Below, piece after piece: positions 47,887-57,930 of a DNA stretch of 57,930 nucleotides. This stretch comes from an uncultured candidate division WPS-2 bacterium. Lineage in GTDB: Bacteria > Vulcanimicrobiota > Vulcanimicrobiia > Vulcanimicrobiales > Vulcanimicrobiaceae. Both the position numbers and the translations under genes were made by a program. Every line of letters begins with the position of its first letter. The first letter of the stretch is position 1. The notes beneath the pieces are model-generated. The model was not told the DNA's origin. It saw only the letters and a program-made list of their open reading frames with translations, and did not search any database. The stretch lies in assembly GCA_937910425.1 (NCBI GenBank), contig CALEOJ010000232.1, forward strand, positions 1 to 57,930. Direction: 5' to 3'.

Positions 47887-49635
47887 GTGACGGAGGAACA
47901 CGTCCCGCCGCTTCCCCACAGCGACCCGGTCCGCGTAGCGGTCCGGCGCCGTTCGTTCGGGCTTGCGGACGTCGCGGTGTTCTTGATGACGCTCGCGCTG
48001 CTCGCCGCGATCGCGCGGGTGGGTGCGGGGACCGTGGTCGCATTCGGGCCGACGCACCAACTCGCCGCCATCAGTCTCGATGCGCACAACCTGCCGTATT
48101 ATGCCGGTCGCTCCGTGCTGCGAATGTTTGTAGCGCTGCTCGCGTCATTCGCGTTTACGTTCGCGTACGGCTACGCCGCGGCGCGCAGCCGGCCGGCGGA
48201 GCGGGTGCTCATTCCGTTGCTCGACATCTTGCAGTCGGTGCCCGTGCTCGGGTTTCTGTCGATCACCGTGACCGGCTTCATCGCGCTGTTTCCGGGGAGT
48301 CTGCTCGGGCTCGAGTGCGCGTCGATCTTCGCCATTTTCACCAGCCAGGCATGGAACATGGCGTTCTCGTTCTACCAGTCGCTCCGCACGCTGCCCGCGG
48401 ACCTCGAAGAGGCCAGCACGGCGTACCGCCTCTCACCGTGGCAACGGTTTCGGCAGCTCGAAGTTCCCGCCGGGATGATTCCGCTGGTGTGGAACGCCAT
48501 GATGAGCTTCGGCGGCGGTTGGTTCTTCCTCGCCGCAAGCGAGGCGATCAGCGTGCTGAACCAATCGTACGCACTGCCAGGCGTCGGATCGTACGTCGCC
48601 GCGGCGGTCGCCAAGCAAGATCTTGGGGCGCTGGGCTGGGCGGTGTTGACGATGGCGATCGTGATCGTCGCGATCGATCAGCTCTTCTGGCGCCCGCTGG
48701 TGGCCTGGAGCGATCGATTTCGGCTCGATCAGACGACGGGAGCCGACGCACCGCATTCGTGGGTCTACGACCTGCTGCGCGCCTCACGCCTGCCGCGGCG
48801 GCTGCGCGCAGCGCTGCGGCCGCCGGCCGACCGCGTCGATCGCGCACTCGAGCGACTGACTGCGGTGCGAACGGGGGCGCCACGCGGGCGAAGCGCGTCC
48901 TTCGAGACGGGATTCACCGTCGTGCTCGTCGTCGTCGTCGCCGCGCTGATCGCACTGGCCGTGCGCTTCGTGCTCGCGACCGTCGGGTTCGGCGAAGTAT
49001 GGCATGCCCTGCACCTAGGCCTGCTCACGCTCGTACGGGTGCTGGTGCTGTTGGTATTTGCGAGCCTCGTGTGGACGCCGATCGGGGTCGCAATCGGCTT
49101 CCATCCGCGCTTGGCGCAGGTCTTGCAGCCGGTCGCGCTGTTCTTGGCGTCGTTTCCGGCCAACTTCATCTTCCCGTTCGCGACGCTCGCGTTCATCCGG
49201 CTGCACGTCCCGATCAACGCGGGGAGCGTCCTGCTGATGGCGCTCGGGGCGCAGTGGTACATCCTCTTCAACACGATCGCCGGCGCCGCGAGCATTCCGA
49301 CCGACCTGCGCGAGATGGCCGACGACATTGGGCTGCGCGGCTGGAACCGCTGGCGGCGGCTGGTGTTGCCGGGGATCTTCTCGGCGTGGGTGACCGGCGG
49401 GATCACCGCGAGCGGCGGCGCCTGGAACGCGAGCATCGTCTCGGAAGTGGTGAGCTGGGGGACGACGACGCTGACCGCGAGCGGGCTCGGCGCGTACATC
49501 GCCGACGCGACCGGGAAGGGGGATTGGCCTCGCATCACGCTAGGGGTAGGGACGATGAGCCTCTACGTCGTCGGGGTCAACCGCCTGGTGTGGCGACGAC
49601 TCTACGCGCTCGCGCAACGGAAGTATCGGCTATGA
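47887..49635 (+). CDS. NitT/TauT-type ABC permease, duplicated domain
   Basis: LDILQSVPVLGF, WNAMMSFGGGWF, GGAWNASIVSE. Confidence 0.9.
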   Translation: MTEEHVPPLPHSDPVRVAVRRRSFGLADVAVFLMTLALLAAIARVGAGTVVAFGPTHQLAAISLDAHNLPYYAGRSVLRMFVALLASFAFTFAYGYAAARSRPAERVLIPLLDILQSVPVLGFLSITVTGFIALFPGSLLGLECASIFAIFTSQAWNMAFSFYQSLRTLPADLEEASTAYRLSPWQRFRQLEVPAGMIPLVWNAMMSFGGGWFFLAASEAISVLNQSYALPGVGSYVAAAVAKQDLGALGWAVLTMAIVIVAIDQLFWRPLVAWSDRFRLDQTTGADAPHSWVYDLLRASRLPRRLRAALRPPADRVDRALERLTAVRTGAPRGRSASFETGFTVVLVVVVAALIALAVRFVLATVGFGEVWHALHLGLLTLVRVLVLLVFASLVWTPIGVAIGFHPRLAQVLQPVALFLASFPANFIFPFATLAFIRLHVPINAGSVLLMALGAQWYILFNTIAGAASIPTDLREMADDIGLRGWNRWRRLVLPGIFSAWVTGGITASGGAWNASIVSEVVSWGTTTLTASGLGAYIADATGKGDWPRITLGVGTMSLYVVGVNRLVWRRLYALAQRKYRL

Positions 49636-50969
49636 GCGAGTCACTCATCGAGGTCCATGCGTGCTGCAAGAGCTTCCCGACCGCCGAGGGTAAGGGCAGC
49701 TTCCAGGCGCTGCAGGACGTGAGCGTGACGGTCGGGCGCGGCGAAGTCGTCGCGCTCCTCGGACGTAGCGGGAGCGGAAAGAGCACGCTGCTGCGGATCA
49801 TGGCAGGGCTGATTCCGTACACGAGCGGCCGTGTGACCAGCGACGGTACGCCGCTGACCGGCCCCAACGCCGATGTCGCGATGGTGTTCCAGTCCTTCGC
49901 GCTGTTGCCGTGGCTGACCGTCATCGAGAACGTGGAGATCGGGCTCGAAGCGCGCGCAGTCGGTCGCTTCGCGCGCACGCGCCGCGCGCTCAAGGCGATC
50001 GACATGGTGGGGCTCGACGGCTTCGAGAGCGCCTACCCGCGCGAGCTTTCCGGCGGCATGAAGCAGCGCGTCGGGTTCGCCCGCGCGATGGTGGTCGAAC
50101 CGAAGGTGCTGTTCCTCGACGAGCCGTTCAGCGCGCTCGACGTGCTCACCGCCGAGAACCTTCGCGGCGAGATCGACGAGCTGTGGAACGCGGGGACGTT
50201 TCCGGCCCAGAGCATCCTGCTCGTGACGCACAACATCGAGGAAGCCGTCTTCTTGGCCGACCGGGTACTGGTGCTCGGCTCGAACCCCGGCCGCATTCGG
50301 GGCGAGGTGCGGGTCGATCTGAAGCGCCCGCACGACCGCAACGATCCGCGGTTCAAGGAGCTGACCGACTATCTCTATGCGGTGATGACGAACCCGGCGC
50401 GCGAGATCGCGCCGGAGGCACCCGCGACGGTACCGGCGACGCCCGTTGGCCCGCCGGCCGTCCCGCGCCCCGCTCTGGCGCGACCTCTACCCCCGGTGCG
50501 CGTCGGGACGATCAGCGGGCTGCTCGAGCTGATCGAGGACATGGGGCCGAACGAGGACGCCGCGCAGATCGCCGCCCGGCTTGCGGTGTCGGTCGACGAC
50601 TTCTTGGCGATCCTCGACGCCGCGGTGCTGTTGGGGTTTGCGACGGTGGACGCCGGCAAGGTCGCGCTTTCGAGCGCCGGCCTCGCCTTCGCCACCGCTC
50701 CGATCCAGGAGAGCAAGAACGTCTTCCGCACGCAGGTCCTCGCGAACGTGCCGATCGTCGCGACGATCGCCCGCACGCTGGCGGAAAAAGAGAACAAGTC
50801 GATGCGCGCCGATTTCTTCCTCGACCTGCTCGAAGAGCACTACTCCGACAGTGAGGCTCGCGAGCAGTTCGAAACCGCAGTCGAGTGGGGCCGGTTTTCC
50901 GAGCTGTTCGAGTACGACGCATCCGAGGAGCGGGTTTGGCTCAGCGAAGCGCCGGTGAGCCCGGCGTAA
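49632..50969 (+). CDS. NitT/TauT-type ABC ATPase with C-terminal AAA-associated domain
   Basis: GRSGSGKS, LSGGMKQR, LDEPFSALD; WGRFSELFEYD. Confidence 0.93.
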   Translation: MSESLIEVHACCKSFPTAEGKGSFQALQDVSVTVGRGEVVALLGRSGSGKSTLLRIMAGLIPYTSGRVTSDGTPLTGPNADVAMVFQSFALLPWLTVIENVEIGLEARAVGRFARTRRALKAIDMVGLDGFESAYPRELSGGMKQRVGFARAMVVEPKVLFLDEPFSALDVLTAENLRGEIDELWNAGTFPAQSILLVTHNIEEAVFLADRVLVLGSNPGRIRGEVRVDLKRPHDRNDPRFKELTDYLYAVMTNPAREIAPEAPATVPATPVGPPAVPRPALARPLPPVRVGTISGLLELIEDMGPNEDAAQIAARLAVSVDDFLAILDAAVLLGFATVDAGKVALSSAGLAFATAPIQESKNVFRTQVLANVPIVATIARTLAEKENKSMRADFFLDLLEEHYSDSEAREQFETAVEWGRFSELFEYDASEERVWLSEAPVSPA

Positions 50970-50987
50970 ACCGACCCCAGCGCCGTG

Positions 50988-52145
50988 CTACGGGCCGAAG
51001 AGCTGGACGCCGCCGGCCGTCGCCGCGGTCGGCGGGACCGGAACGAACAGGTTTCCGGTCGCAATGTCGGCGGCGACGGAGTGCGCGCCCGCGCCGGTCG
51101 GCAGATTCTTGATCCAGGTGTTCGTGCCAGCATCGATGATGCCGAGGACCGGGGTGAACGCCGCGCCGGCCTGACCGGTTACCGAGATCCCATTGGCGGT
51201 CCAGTCGCGCGACGCGGTATAGTACGCGTTGAGCTTCGGATCGTACGCGACCTCGTCTTCACCGCCGACCTGCGTGATCGTCGTGACGATCGCGCCGCTC
51301 GTGGCGCTCATGATCAGCGTGATCTGCGGACTCCCAGCCGGCGCGTCGCAGCCGACGAGCAGGTGCTCGCTCGGCCCCAGGGCGAGCCCCGCCGGACCGC
51401 AGGTCCCTTCCGGGAACGCCTGCGCGACGACCGGCGCGCCTGCGGCCGCGGTCGACGCAAGGATCGTGTCGAGCTCGCCGTGTGGATTCGTCGGCGTGCC
51501 GTCGTTGTTGATGAAGAACGTCTTGGTGCCCGGATCGTAGACGCACTGTTCGAGTCCGATCGACGTCGTGAACTTCACCGTTCCCACCACCTTGTTGGTC
51601 GTCGCCGAGATGAACGTCGCATACGGCGGTGAGTCGGCCGGGTTCGCGAACATCACGAGCTTGTCGTCGGGGTCGTAGCAGCCTTCGTCGGTGCGGAAGC
51701 CGGCGGTCCCGGTCGGGATCGAGGCGGTAACCGCGCCGGCGACCGGATCGACCACCTTCACGGTGTTCACGTCGCCGACGTAGACCGATCCGCCCGGCAC
51801 GAAGACGACACCGTCCGGACCTGATTGGTCGTTGGACGCCTTTTGGCCGGTGAAGCCGCCGGTGACTTGCCGGACGGCGAACGTGTTCAGGTCGATGATG
51901 TCGAGCGACGAGTTCGTGCGATCGGCGAGGTAATAGCGGCGCGCCGCCGGGTCGACGAGCCCGATGTCGTAGGTGAACTTGCCGCCGGCCGGCAGGCCCG
52001 GCAGCACGATGAGCTGCTTGGCCGAGATGATCGCGGCCACCGAACCGGTGCTGGTCGGCGGCTGGGATGCGGAGCCGCCGTTGCATGCGGCCAAGGCGGC
52101 CGCAGCGAGAGCGCACCCGATGAAAGAGAGCCATTGAAAACGCAT
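50988..52145 (-). CDS. YncE-like beta-propeller lipoprotein
   Basis: Lipobox LAAC; YYLADRTN, GAHSVAAD. Confidence 0.8.
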   Translation of the reverse strand: MRFQWLSFIGCALAAAALAACNGGSASQPPTSTGSVAAIISAKQLIVLPGLPAGGKFTYDIGLVDPAARRYYLADRTNSSLDIIDLNTFAVRQVTGGFTGQKASNDQSGPDGVVFVPGGSVYVGDVNTVKVVDPVAGAVTASIPTGTAGFRTDEGCYDPDDKLVMFANPADSPPYATFISATTNKVVGTVKFTTSIGLEQCVYDPGTKTFFINNDGTPTNPHGELDTILASTAAAGAPVVAQAFPEGTCGPAGLALGPSEHLLVGCDAPAGSPQITLIMSATSGAIVTTITQVGGEDEVAYDPKLNAYYTASRDWTANGISVTGQAGAAFTPVLGIIDAGTNTWIKNLPTGAGAHSVAADIATGNLFVPVPPTAATAGGVQLFGP

Positions 52146-52310
52146 TCCGGCAACCGCCTCCTCGGAAGAGCTCTTCCGCACTCGTCGATGGAGGGTTGGC
52201 ATATTGTATACCCTCGACCGCAGGCATACCCGGAACGGAGGCGCTCACACATGCTCGGCGACAATGTGACCGAGTGCAGGTAAGCGACCGGGAGGCGAAG
52301 CGCTCTTCGG

Positions 52311-52495
52311 TCAGCCGCGAGCGGCGACGATCATGTCGTAGAGCTGCTTGCCGTTCGGAACGTCCTCGAACTTCTTGTACACGTCTTTGGTCGCGCGCTT
52401 CCAATCGGTGAGGTCGGGCTTGATCACCTCGATCCCGGCCGTCGCCATCTTCGCGATTCCCGCCTTGTAGTCGGCGGCGTAGGTCTGGGCGCTGC
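52311..52495 (-). pseudogene. TRAP substrate-binding DctP C-terminal fragment
   Basis: AGIEVIKPDLTDWKRATKDVY. Confidence 0.65.
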
Positions 52496-53166
52496 TCGCG
52501 CCGGTCCTGATCCTCGGGGGCATCTTCTCCGGGATCGTGACGCCGACCGAAGCCGGGGTCGTCGCCGGCGGCTACGTCACGCTGGTAGGATTTCTCGTGT
52601 ACCGAAGCTTGACGCTGCGTTCGATGGGCGGCGTCTTGGTCAAGACCGTTCGCAATACCGCGCGGGTGATGTTCTTGCTGGGGTCGGCGCTGATCCTAGG
52701 ACTCTACCTGATCCGCGAGCAGGTTCCGCAGGCGGTGGCATCGCATCTCGCGGGCGTGGCGCACAGTCCGCTGCTGCTGCTCATCAACCTGATCCTCTTG
52801 TTCGCGCACACGGTGCTCGAAACGATCGCCAGCATCATCGTCGTCGTTCCGGTGCTGCTGCCGCTGTTCGGCGTTGCCGGAATCGACTTGGTGTATTTCG
52901 GGATCATCCTGCTCGTCAACTCGGCGATCGGCATCAACTTTCCGCCGGTCGGTTTCTGCCTGTACATCGGGGCAAGCATCGCCGAGGTCCCGCTCGAAGC
53001 CGCGGCGCGTGCGATCCTGCCGTTTCTCGCGATGCTCGTCATCGATCTCATCCTCGTGACGCTGCTGCCGAATCTCTCGCTCTGGCTGCCCTCGATCATC
53101 GCCAGTAGCTACTGTAGGAGGACGAACTCGGATGAAGCGCCGCCCGCCCGGCTCGAACTGGGGTGA
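52486..53166 (+). pseudogene. TRAP large permease DctM C-terminal half
   Basis: WALLAPVLILGGIFSGIVTPTEAG, PPVGFCLY, LSLWLP. Confidence 0.8.
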
Positions 53167-54085
53167 CTACGGAGTCGACGATCGCGTCGGACGACTCAAC
53201 GAGCTGACCGCCGAGCGGGTTCTTCGCGCCGCTGCGGAGATTCGGACCGGACGGCGGTTTTGCCTGAGCCTCCCGCTCGACTACCCGGGCGGGAACGTCG
53301 TCTTTCCGTTCCGCCTTCCGCCGGAGCGCAGGGTCGTCGATCGGATGGGCTATCATGCGAACGACTTTCCGTTCTCGCGGCAGCGCGAAGGCGCGACCGG
53401 CGTCGTCAACGACGATATCGTTACCCTGTGGACGCAGTATTCGACCCAATGGGACGCGTTCGGTCACGTGGGGTCGCAGTTCGACGCCAACGACGACGGC
53501 GAACCCGAGGTCGTCTACTACAACGGGCACTATCCGGGTCCCGACGTCGACGGGATGGCGACGGTTGGGCTGCAAGGCCGCGGCGTCATGGTCGACCTCC
53601 AGCGGAAATTTGGGAACGCGAAGGTTGCCGTCGATCATGCCATGCTCGTGGAAGTCATGCGCGAGCAAGGTGTCGTCGTCGAGCCGGGCGACATTCTCGC
53701 GTTACGCACCGGGTGGGCGCAGCTTCTCGTCGACATGAAGGGCTCGCCGGACAAAGAGATCGTGCACAACTCGTGCGCCGGGCTCGATTCCAGCGACCAG
53801 AAGCTGCTGGAGTGGATCACCGAGAGCGGTATCGCCGCCATCGTCGCCGATAATCTCGCGGTCGAGGCATATCCGCCCAAAGCAGGCGCAGCGGGGACAC
53901 CATACTTGCCGCTGCACGAACTCTGCCTCTTCAAGCTCGGCATCAACCTGGGTGAGATGTGGTATCTCACCGAGCTGGCGGCCTGGCTGCAGGAGAACGC
54001 GCGCACTCGATTTTTCTTGACCGCGCCACCGTTGCGCTTGCGGGGTCACGTCGGGTCACCCGTAACGCCGATTGCGACCGTATGA
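53132..54085 (+). CDS. Cyclase-family (kynurenine formamidase-like) hydrolase
   Basis: SNWGDYG, QYSTQWD..H, GDILALRTG, HELCLFKLG. Confidence 0.88.
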   Translation: MKRRPPGSNWGDYGVDDRVGRLNELTAERVLRAAAEIRTGRRFCLSLPLDYPGGNVVFPFRLPPERRVVDRMGYHANDFPFSRQREGATGVVNDDIVTLWTQYSTQWDAFGHVGSQFDANDDGEPEVVYYNGHYPGPDVDGMATVGLQGRGVMVDLQRKFGNAKVAVDHAMLVEVMREQGVVVEPGDILALRTGWAQLLVDMKGSPDKEIVHNSCAGLDSSDQKLLEWITESGIAAIVADNLAVEAYPPKAGAAGTPYLPLHELCLFKLGINLGEMWYLTELAAWLQENARTRFFLTAPPLRLRGHVGSPVTPIATV

Positions 54086-54864
54086 AGAGGCTGCCGTTCG
54101 TCGTCGGGATCGCGGTGGCGAGCGTCGGCGCCCTCCCGGCCGTCGCCGCCGACCCCGGACCGATCGTCGTGTTCGCGGCCGCATCGCTGCGTGAGGCGTT
54201 CGAAGCGGCGGCGCCGGAATTCACCAAGCGGACCGGTGTCGCCGTGAGCTTTTCGTTCGGCGGCTCCGATACGCTCGTGACGCAACTCAAGCAGGGCGCG
54301 CCCGCCGACGTGTTTGCGTCGGCGAACGAGGCGCAGATGAAGATCGCCGCCGGTGCCGGCCTGCTCGCAACTGCCCCGCGGACGTTCGCGCGAAATCGCC
54401 TCGTCGTCATCGTTCCGAAGGAGAACCCGGCGAAGATCTCCGAGCTCGCCGACCTCGCGAAGCCGGGCGTAAAAGTCGTTCTGGCCGCGTCCAGCGTGCC
54501 GGTCGGGACCTATGCGCGCACGGCGTTTCGGAAGCTGAACGGGCAGACCGGATACCCGGCCGATTTTGGCGGTCTGGTCGAGCGGAACGTCGTGTCGAAC
54601 GAGCTCGACGTCAAAGCTGTCGCAACGAAGATTTCGCTCGGCGAGGGTGACGCCGGCGTTGTCTACGCGACCGACGTCACGCCGGCCGTCGCCGGTCGCG
54701 TGAAGACGATCGCGTTCCCGTCCGGCGCAGCACCGGATGCGATCTACCCGATCGCCCCGCTCAAGCATGCGCAGCCTGGGGCCGGCGCGCGTGCCTTCGT
54801 CGATTTCATGCTCTCGCCGGCCGGTCGGGTCTTTCTGAAAGCGCGGGGTTTCGCGTCGCCGTGA
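54082..54864 (+). CDS. modA: Molybdate ABC substrate-binding protein
   Basis: VFAAASL, GAPADVFASAN, VPVGTYA, DAGVVYATD. Confidence 0.92.
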   Translation: MKRLPFVVGIAVASVGALPAVAADPGPIVVFAAASLREAFEAAAPEFTKRTGVAVSFSFGGSDTLVTQLKQGAPADVFASANEAQMKIAAGAGLLATAPRTFARNRLVVIVPKENPAKISELADLAKPGVKVVLAASSVPVGTYARTAFRKLNGQTGYPADFGGLVERNVVSNELDVKAVATKISLGEGDAGVVYATDVTPAVAGRVKTIAFPSGAAPDAIYPIAPLKHAQPGAGARAFVDFMLSPAGRVFLKARGFASP

Positions 54865-54885
54865 CGCGGCACCGTCAGTTTGGCG

Positions 54886-55776
54886 TCATCGCCGGCTGCG
54901 CCCCGGCGCCGCGACCCACACTAGACCGAAGCCGACCGCTTTGGACGACCCGCCGCGGGGCGCAAGATTGACCTCATAGTCCAGATCGAGCGCGAGCCGG
55001 TTGCCGAGCGCGCGCTGGAGCGCAACGAACCCGCGACTGCCCGCCGGAAGAAGAGGTCCCTGGCGCGAGACGAGTGCGTCTTGCACGAGCAGCGTCGTCG
55101 CGCCGTCGAGTGCATAGGCGAGCGTGAAAGAGGGAGCGTAGACGAAAAACGTGCGGTTCGCACCGCTTGCATCCGGACCGACGGCAGTGCCGAAGACCTG
55201 GCTCGCGGCGAACGAAAGCCGCGGGCTCAGCGCGAGACCGAGATTCGCCGAGAGCGAGAATGTCGGGGCGCCCGCGGTGAACTCGCCGGTTCCCGTCGGC
55301 GGTGCATACGCTGCGCCGAGAGATCCTTGCGCAACGCCCGTGTCCAAGACGAGATACTTCGCGGCAAGGACGAGGTCGGTCGTGCCGCGGGCCACATCGA
55401 ATGGCGTGGTTCCGGCGATCGCACGCGATTGATTCGCAGGCGGTGCGATGCCGAGCTCCAGGCGTTTTGCGATGCCGGCGCGGACGAACGTCAGCGGTCC
55501 GTCTGCGAGCGTGCTGCTACCGCCGGGTGACGTCGTGATTTGCCGCCGCAGCCCCGTCTCGACGACGATCTCATCGGGAAGGACGACGCACGGGGAGCCG
55601 CCCGTCGATGTCGTACGGCCGGTGCCGGGGCGATCGGCGAGCGCGACCGCGATGGGCATGCTGCACGGGGGAGGGCTCGCGTCGTCTGCAAGCGCCGAAG
55701 ACGCCAGCACGAGGAGCATCGCGACCGCCGCCACACCCGTCGTGAGCGTGCCCGCGGGGAACGGTTTCGAATCCAT
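54886..55776 (-). CDS. Putative outer-membrane beta-barrel (MetA-pathway/transporter-like)
   Basis: Signal peptide, DRPG motif, amphipathic strands, PTGT..FT.G. Confidence 0.65.
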   Translation of the reverse strand: MDSKPFPAGTLTTGVAAVAMLLVLASSALADDASPPPCSMPIAVALADRPGTGRTTSTGGSPCVVLPDEIVVETGLRRQITTSPGGSSTLADGPLTFVRAGIAKRLELGIAPPANQSRAIAGTTPFDVARGTTDLVLAAKYLVLDTGVAQGSLGAAYAPPTGTGEFTAGAPTFSLSANLGLALSPRLSFAASQVFGTAVGPDASGANRTFFVYAPSFTLAYALDGATTLLVQDALVSRQGPLLPAGSRGFVALQRALGNRLALDLDYEVNLAPRGGSSKAVGFGLVWVAAPGRSRR

Positions 55777-55881
55777 GCGATCGTGAACAGCGATTGCCGC
55801 GCGTGCGAGCGGATGACCTCTTCGACTGGCCGAGCTTTCGGTCAGACGAGGCATGCGCGTTCTGTCACATGCGGCAGGCCC

Positions 55882-56780
55882 TCATCGGTCGGCGCCGGCC
55901 GTGCCGTCGCGCAGGGCCAGATAGATCGCGCTCAGGTCGTCGCCGCCGAATCGCTCCACCGCACGCGCCCACCGCGTGTCGATCGCGCTCAGCATCGGGA
56001 GCCGGCTGCGCTCCTCGCCCGCGGCGGAGAGCGCGAGGCGCACGTCCTTGTCGGCCCAACGGAGCGGAAACTCGGTTTCGGCCGTCTTGTTTTCGGCGAT
56101 TTTCTTCATCTTTGCGAGCGCCCACGGCGGAACGAGGGGTCCGCCGGTCGCAAGCGACGCGAAGCGCTGCTGCTCGACGCCGAGAGTGTCGGCCAGGATC
56201 GCGATCTCGGCGACGCCTTCCATCATGATCGCGATCCAAGCGTTGAACAGCAGCTTCATGCGCGTCCCCGCTCCGGCCGCGCCGAGCCACTGCGTCGTAC
56301 CGGCGGCATCGAAGAAGCGCTGGACGGCCGCCCCGGCGCGTTCGCGGTCACCCGAGGCGAGGATCAGGAGTTTTCCTTGCTCTGCGGCGGTCTTGCTGCC
56401 GGAGACAGGCGCATCGACGAACGTGACCTCGCTGCGCGTCGCGGCGAGACGCAGTGCGCGCTCCGTTCCCTCGACCCCGATCGTCGACATCTGCACCCAG
56501 CTCGCGCCCGGTCGCAGAGCGGCGAACGCGCCTGGCCTTCCATCACGCTCATCACTGCGTCCGCATCCGGAACCATCGTCACGACGACGTCCGCATCCGC
56601 GACGGCATCGGCCGCCGTCTCCGCTGCGCGGATTCCATCCGTTGCCAGCGCCGCCGCACGCTGCGGCGTGCGGTCCCAGCCTACCACGGCCAGTCCGCGG
56701 CGCGCCGCGGTGCCGGCGATCGCCGAGCCCATGATGCCGAGCCCGAGCATCGTCATCTTCACCGTCGTTTGATCGCTCAT
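55882..56780 (-). pseudogene. Beta-hydroxyacid dehydrogenase, frameshifted near 56530
   Basis: GLGIMG in one frame; QMSTIG, DAPVSGSK, KDVRLAL in another. Confidence 0.8.
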
Positions 56781-56783
56781 CGT

Positions 56784-57392
56784 TCATCCTTTCCTTGCGA
56801 CGACGCCGCGGGGTGGATAGTAGCCGCCGTGCGCGACGGGCGCAGCGACGTCGCGGCCGTGAAACGTGCCGCCGTGGCTCGTGTAGATGGGGTGGACATG
56901 GATGTTCGGATAGACGCGCGCGCCGCCGACGTAGTGATAGCCCGCCTGTAGCTCGCTTCCGTGCCACCATCCGGGGGTGCCGAAGAAAAGTCCAAGGCTC
57001 GCCGTCGGACCATAGTAGGACCACGGGTGGCCTTCCCAATACGGAACGCCGCCGTAGAACGTGTACGGCGTGTCGACTTCGTTCGCCGCAACATACGAGC
57101 CCGCATTGTATCCCAGGATGCTGACGACCATCCCCGGCCAGCGCGTGATCCCGGTGGGGTTGATGATCGTTCCTTGATGCAGCTCGACGTCGTCGATGTA
57201 CCCGCGGTTGTCGCGCACTCGCAGGCCGTAGGCACCGTCGAAGCTCACGATGCGGCCGTGGATGTTCTCTTCTCCGTCCGAGTACGGCGGGGACGCTTCA
57301 GCGTACGATGGGACGCCTTGCGCGAGAGCGCCGAGCGGAGCTGCCGCGGCGAGCGCAACGAGCGCTGCCGCGACGAACCTGTCGATCGTCAT
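56784..57392 (-). CDS. Secreted hypothetical protein with Gly/Tyr/His-rich tail
   Basis: Signal peptide ALA; LHQGTIINPTG, ANEVDTPY. Confidence 0.75.
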   Translation of the reverse strand: MTIDRFVAAALVALAAAAPLGALAQGVPSYAEASPPYSDGEENIHGRIVSFDGAYGLRVRDNRGYIDDVELHQGTIINPTGITRWPGMVVSILGYNAGSYVAANEVDTPYTFYGGVPYWEGHPWSYYGPTASLGLFFGTPGWWHGSELQAGYHYVGGARVYPNIHVHPIYTSHGGTFHGRDVAAPVAHGGYYPPRGVVARKG

Positions 57393-57404
57393 TTCAAAAT
57401 CACC

Positions 57405-57857
57405 TTAAGCCCATATTCGCCGGATGAACCCGCGAAAATGATCTAAACGCAAATACGCCAGCGTCCAGTATACAGCCGATTTAACGTCACCGGTAAACTC
57501 TGCAGACTCGCCTAAACCCTGGTAAAGATAATACGCATCGCCGCCGGCGGTCAACATCGCGCGGGCCTGGGAAGAAAATGCGGTACATCGCTGCGCATCA
57601 AGGGCTTGAAAATCCGACAGTAAGGACTGTTCCTCTCGCCCGATCGTGTCGGGTTTGAATACGGCTGCAGCCGTCCAAAGAGCTGAAGAAAGAGAAGATC
57701 CACCGTTTGATTGGTCTTCGGCTGCAAGAGCATACCGTTCAAATTGACCGGCAAGTGGCACATGATTGAACGCGACTACGACGCCGACGCATATATCGAA
57801 CGCGAGCCAGAGCAGAAGAATCTTTCGGTTAGGCTTCCAGGCTTTCAGCAACATCAT
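57405..57857 (-). CDS. Hypothetical membrane-anchored protein, lower GC, possibly truncated
   Basis: N-terminal TM helix; composition differs from flanks. Confidence 0.45.
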   Translation of the reverse strand: MMLLKAWKPNRKILLLWLAFDICVGVVVAFNHVPLAGQFERYALAAEDQSNGGSSLSSALWTAAAVFKPDTIGREEQSLLSDFQALDAQRCTAFSSQARAMLTAGGDAYYLYQGLGESAEFTGDVKSAVYWTLAYLRLDHFRGFIRRIWA

Positions 57858-57930
57858 CTTGAAAAGTCCACGGCGCAGTGAGCGCGGGGTGCTCTCCAGC
57901 AGCGATCTGGTGCAATTCGCCGCCAGCAGC

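Noticed and set aside
1-57930. Many long antisense or alternate-frame ORFs (e.g. 5905..7578, 9236..10894, 13145..14803, 31519..33411)
   Set aside because: Arg/Ala-rich shadows of real genes, expected at high GC; no family motifs

Overview
GC-rich bacterial DNA. The protein families and lipoprotein/Tat signal styles suggest Ca. Eremiobacterota/Vulcanimicrobiota, but that is inference only. Left arm (1-12.3 kb): an M-box (ykoK) Mg2+ riboswitch with terminator and a Pro-rich 33-aa upstream ORF, ahead of a frameshifted NRAMP-like transporter and an mgtC remnant; a circularly permuted ATP-grasp / alpha-E / three-transglutaminase operon; an RND permease; and rpsF-ssb with REP-like repeats between them and no rpsR following. 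Middle (about 12.3-42.7 kb): an accessory patchwork of signalling genes (double-domain soluble MCP, STAS protein, membrane+GAF proteins with no output domain), many secreted hydrolases and small Cys-containing proteins, a VapC toxin with a dead antitoxin, a metallothionein-like protein, and many gene fragments joined end to end. The most solid hidden feature, missed by the ORF track, is a DsbA/FrnE-family selenoprotein: an in-frame TGA gives UPFC, and an fdhF-like SECIS hairpin follows (25902-26510). Right arm: LCP protein, a second RND paralog, NitT/TauT-type ABC pair, beta-propeller lipoprotein, TRAP remnants, cyclase-family hydrolase, modA and others. No rRNA, tRNA, CRISPR array, integrase or transposase was recognised. 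Family calls come from recalled motifs, not database searches.
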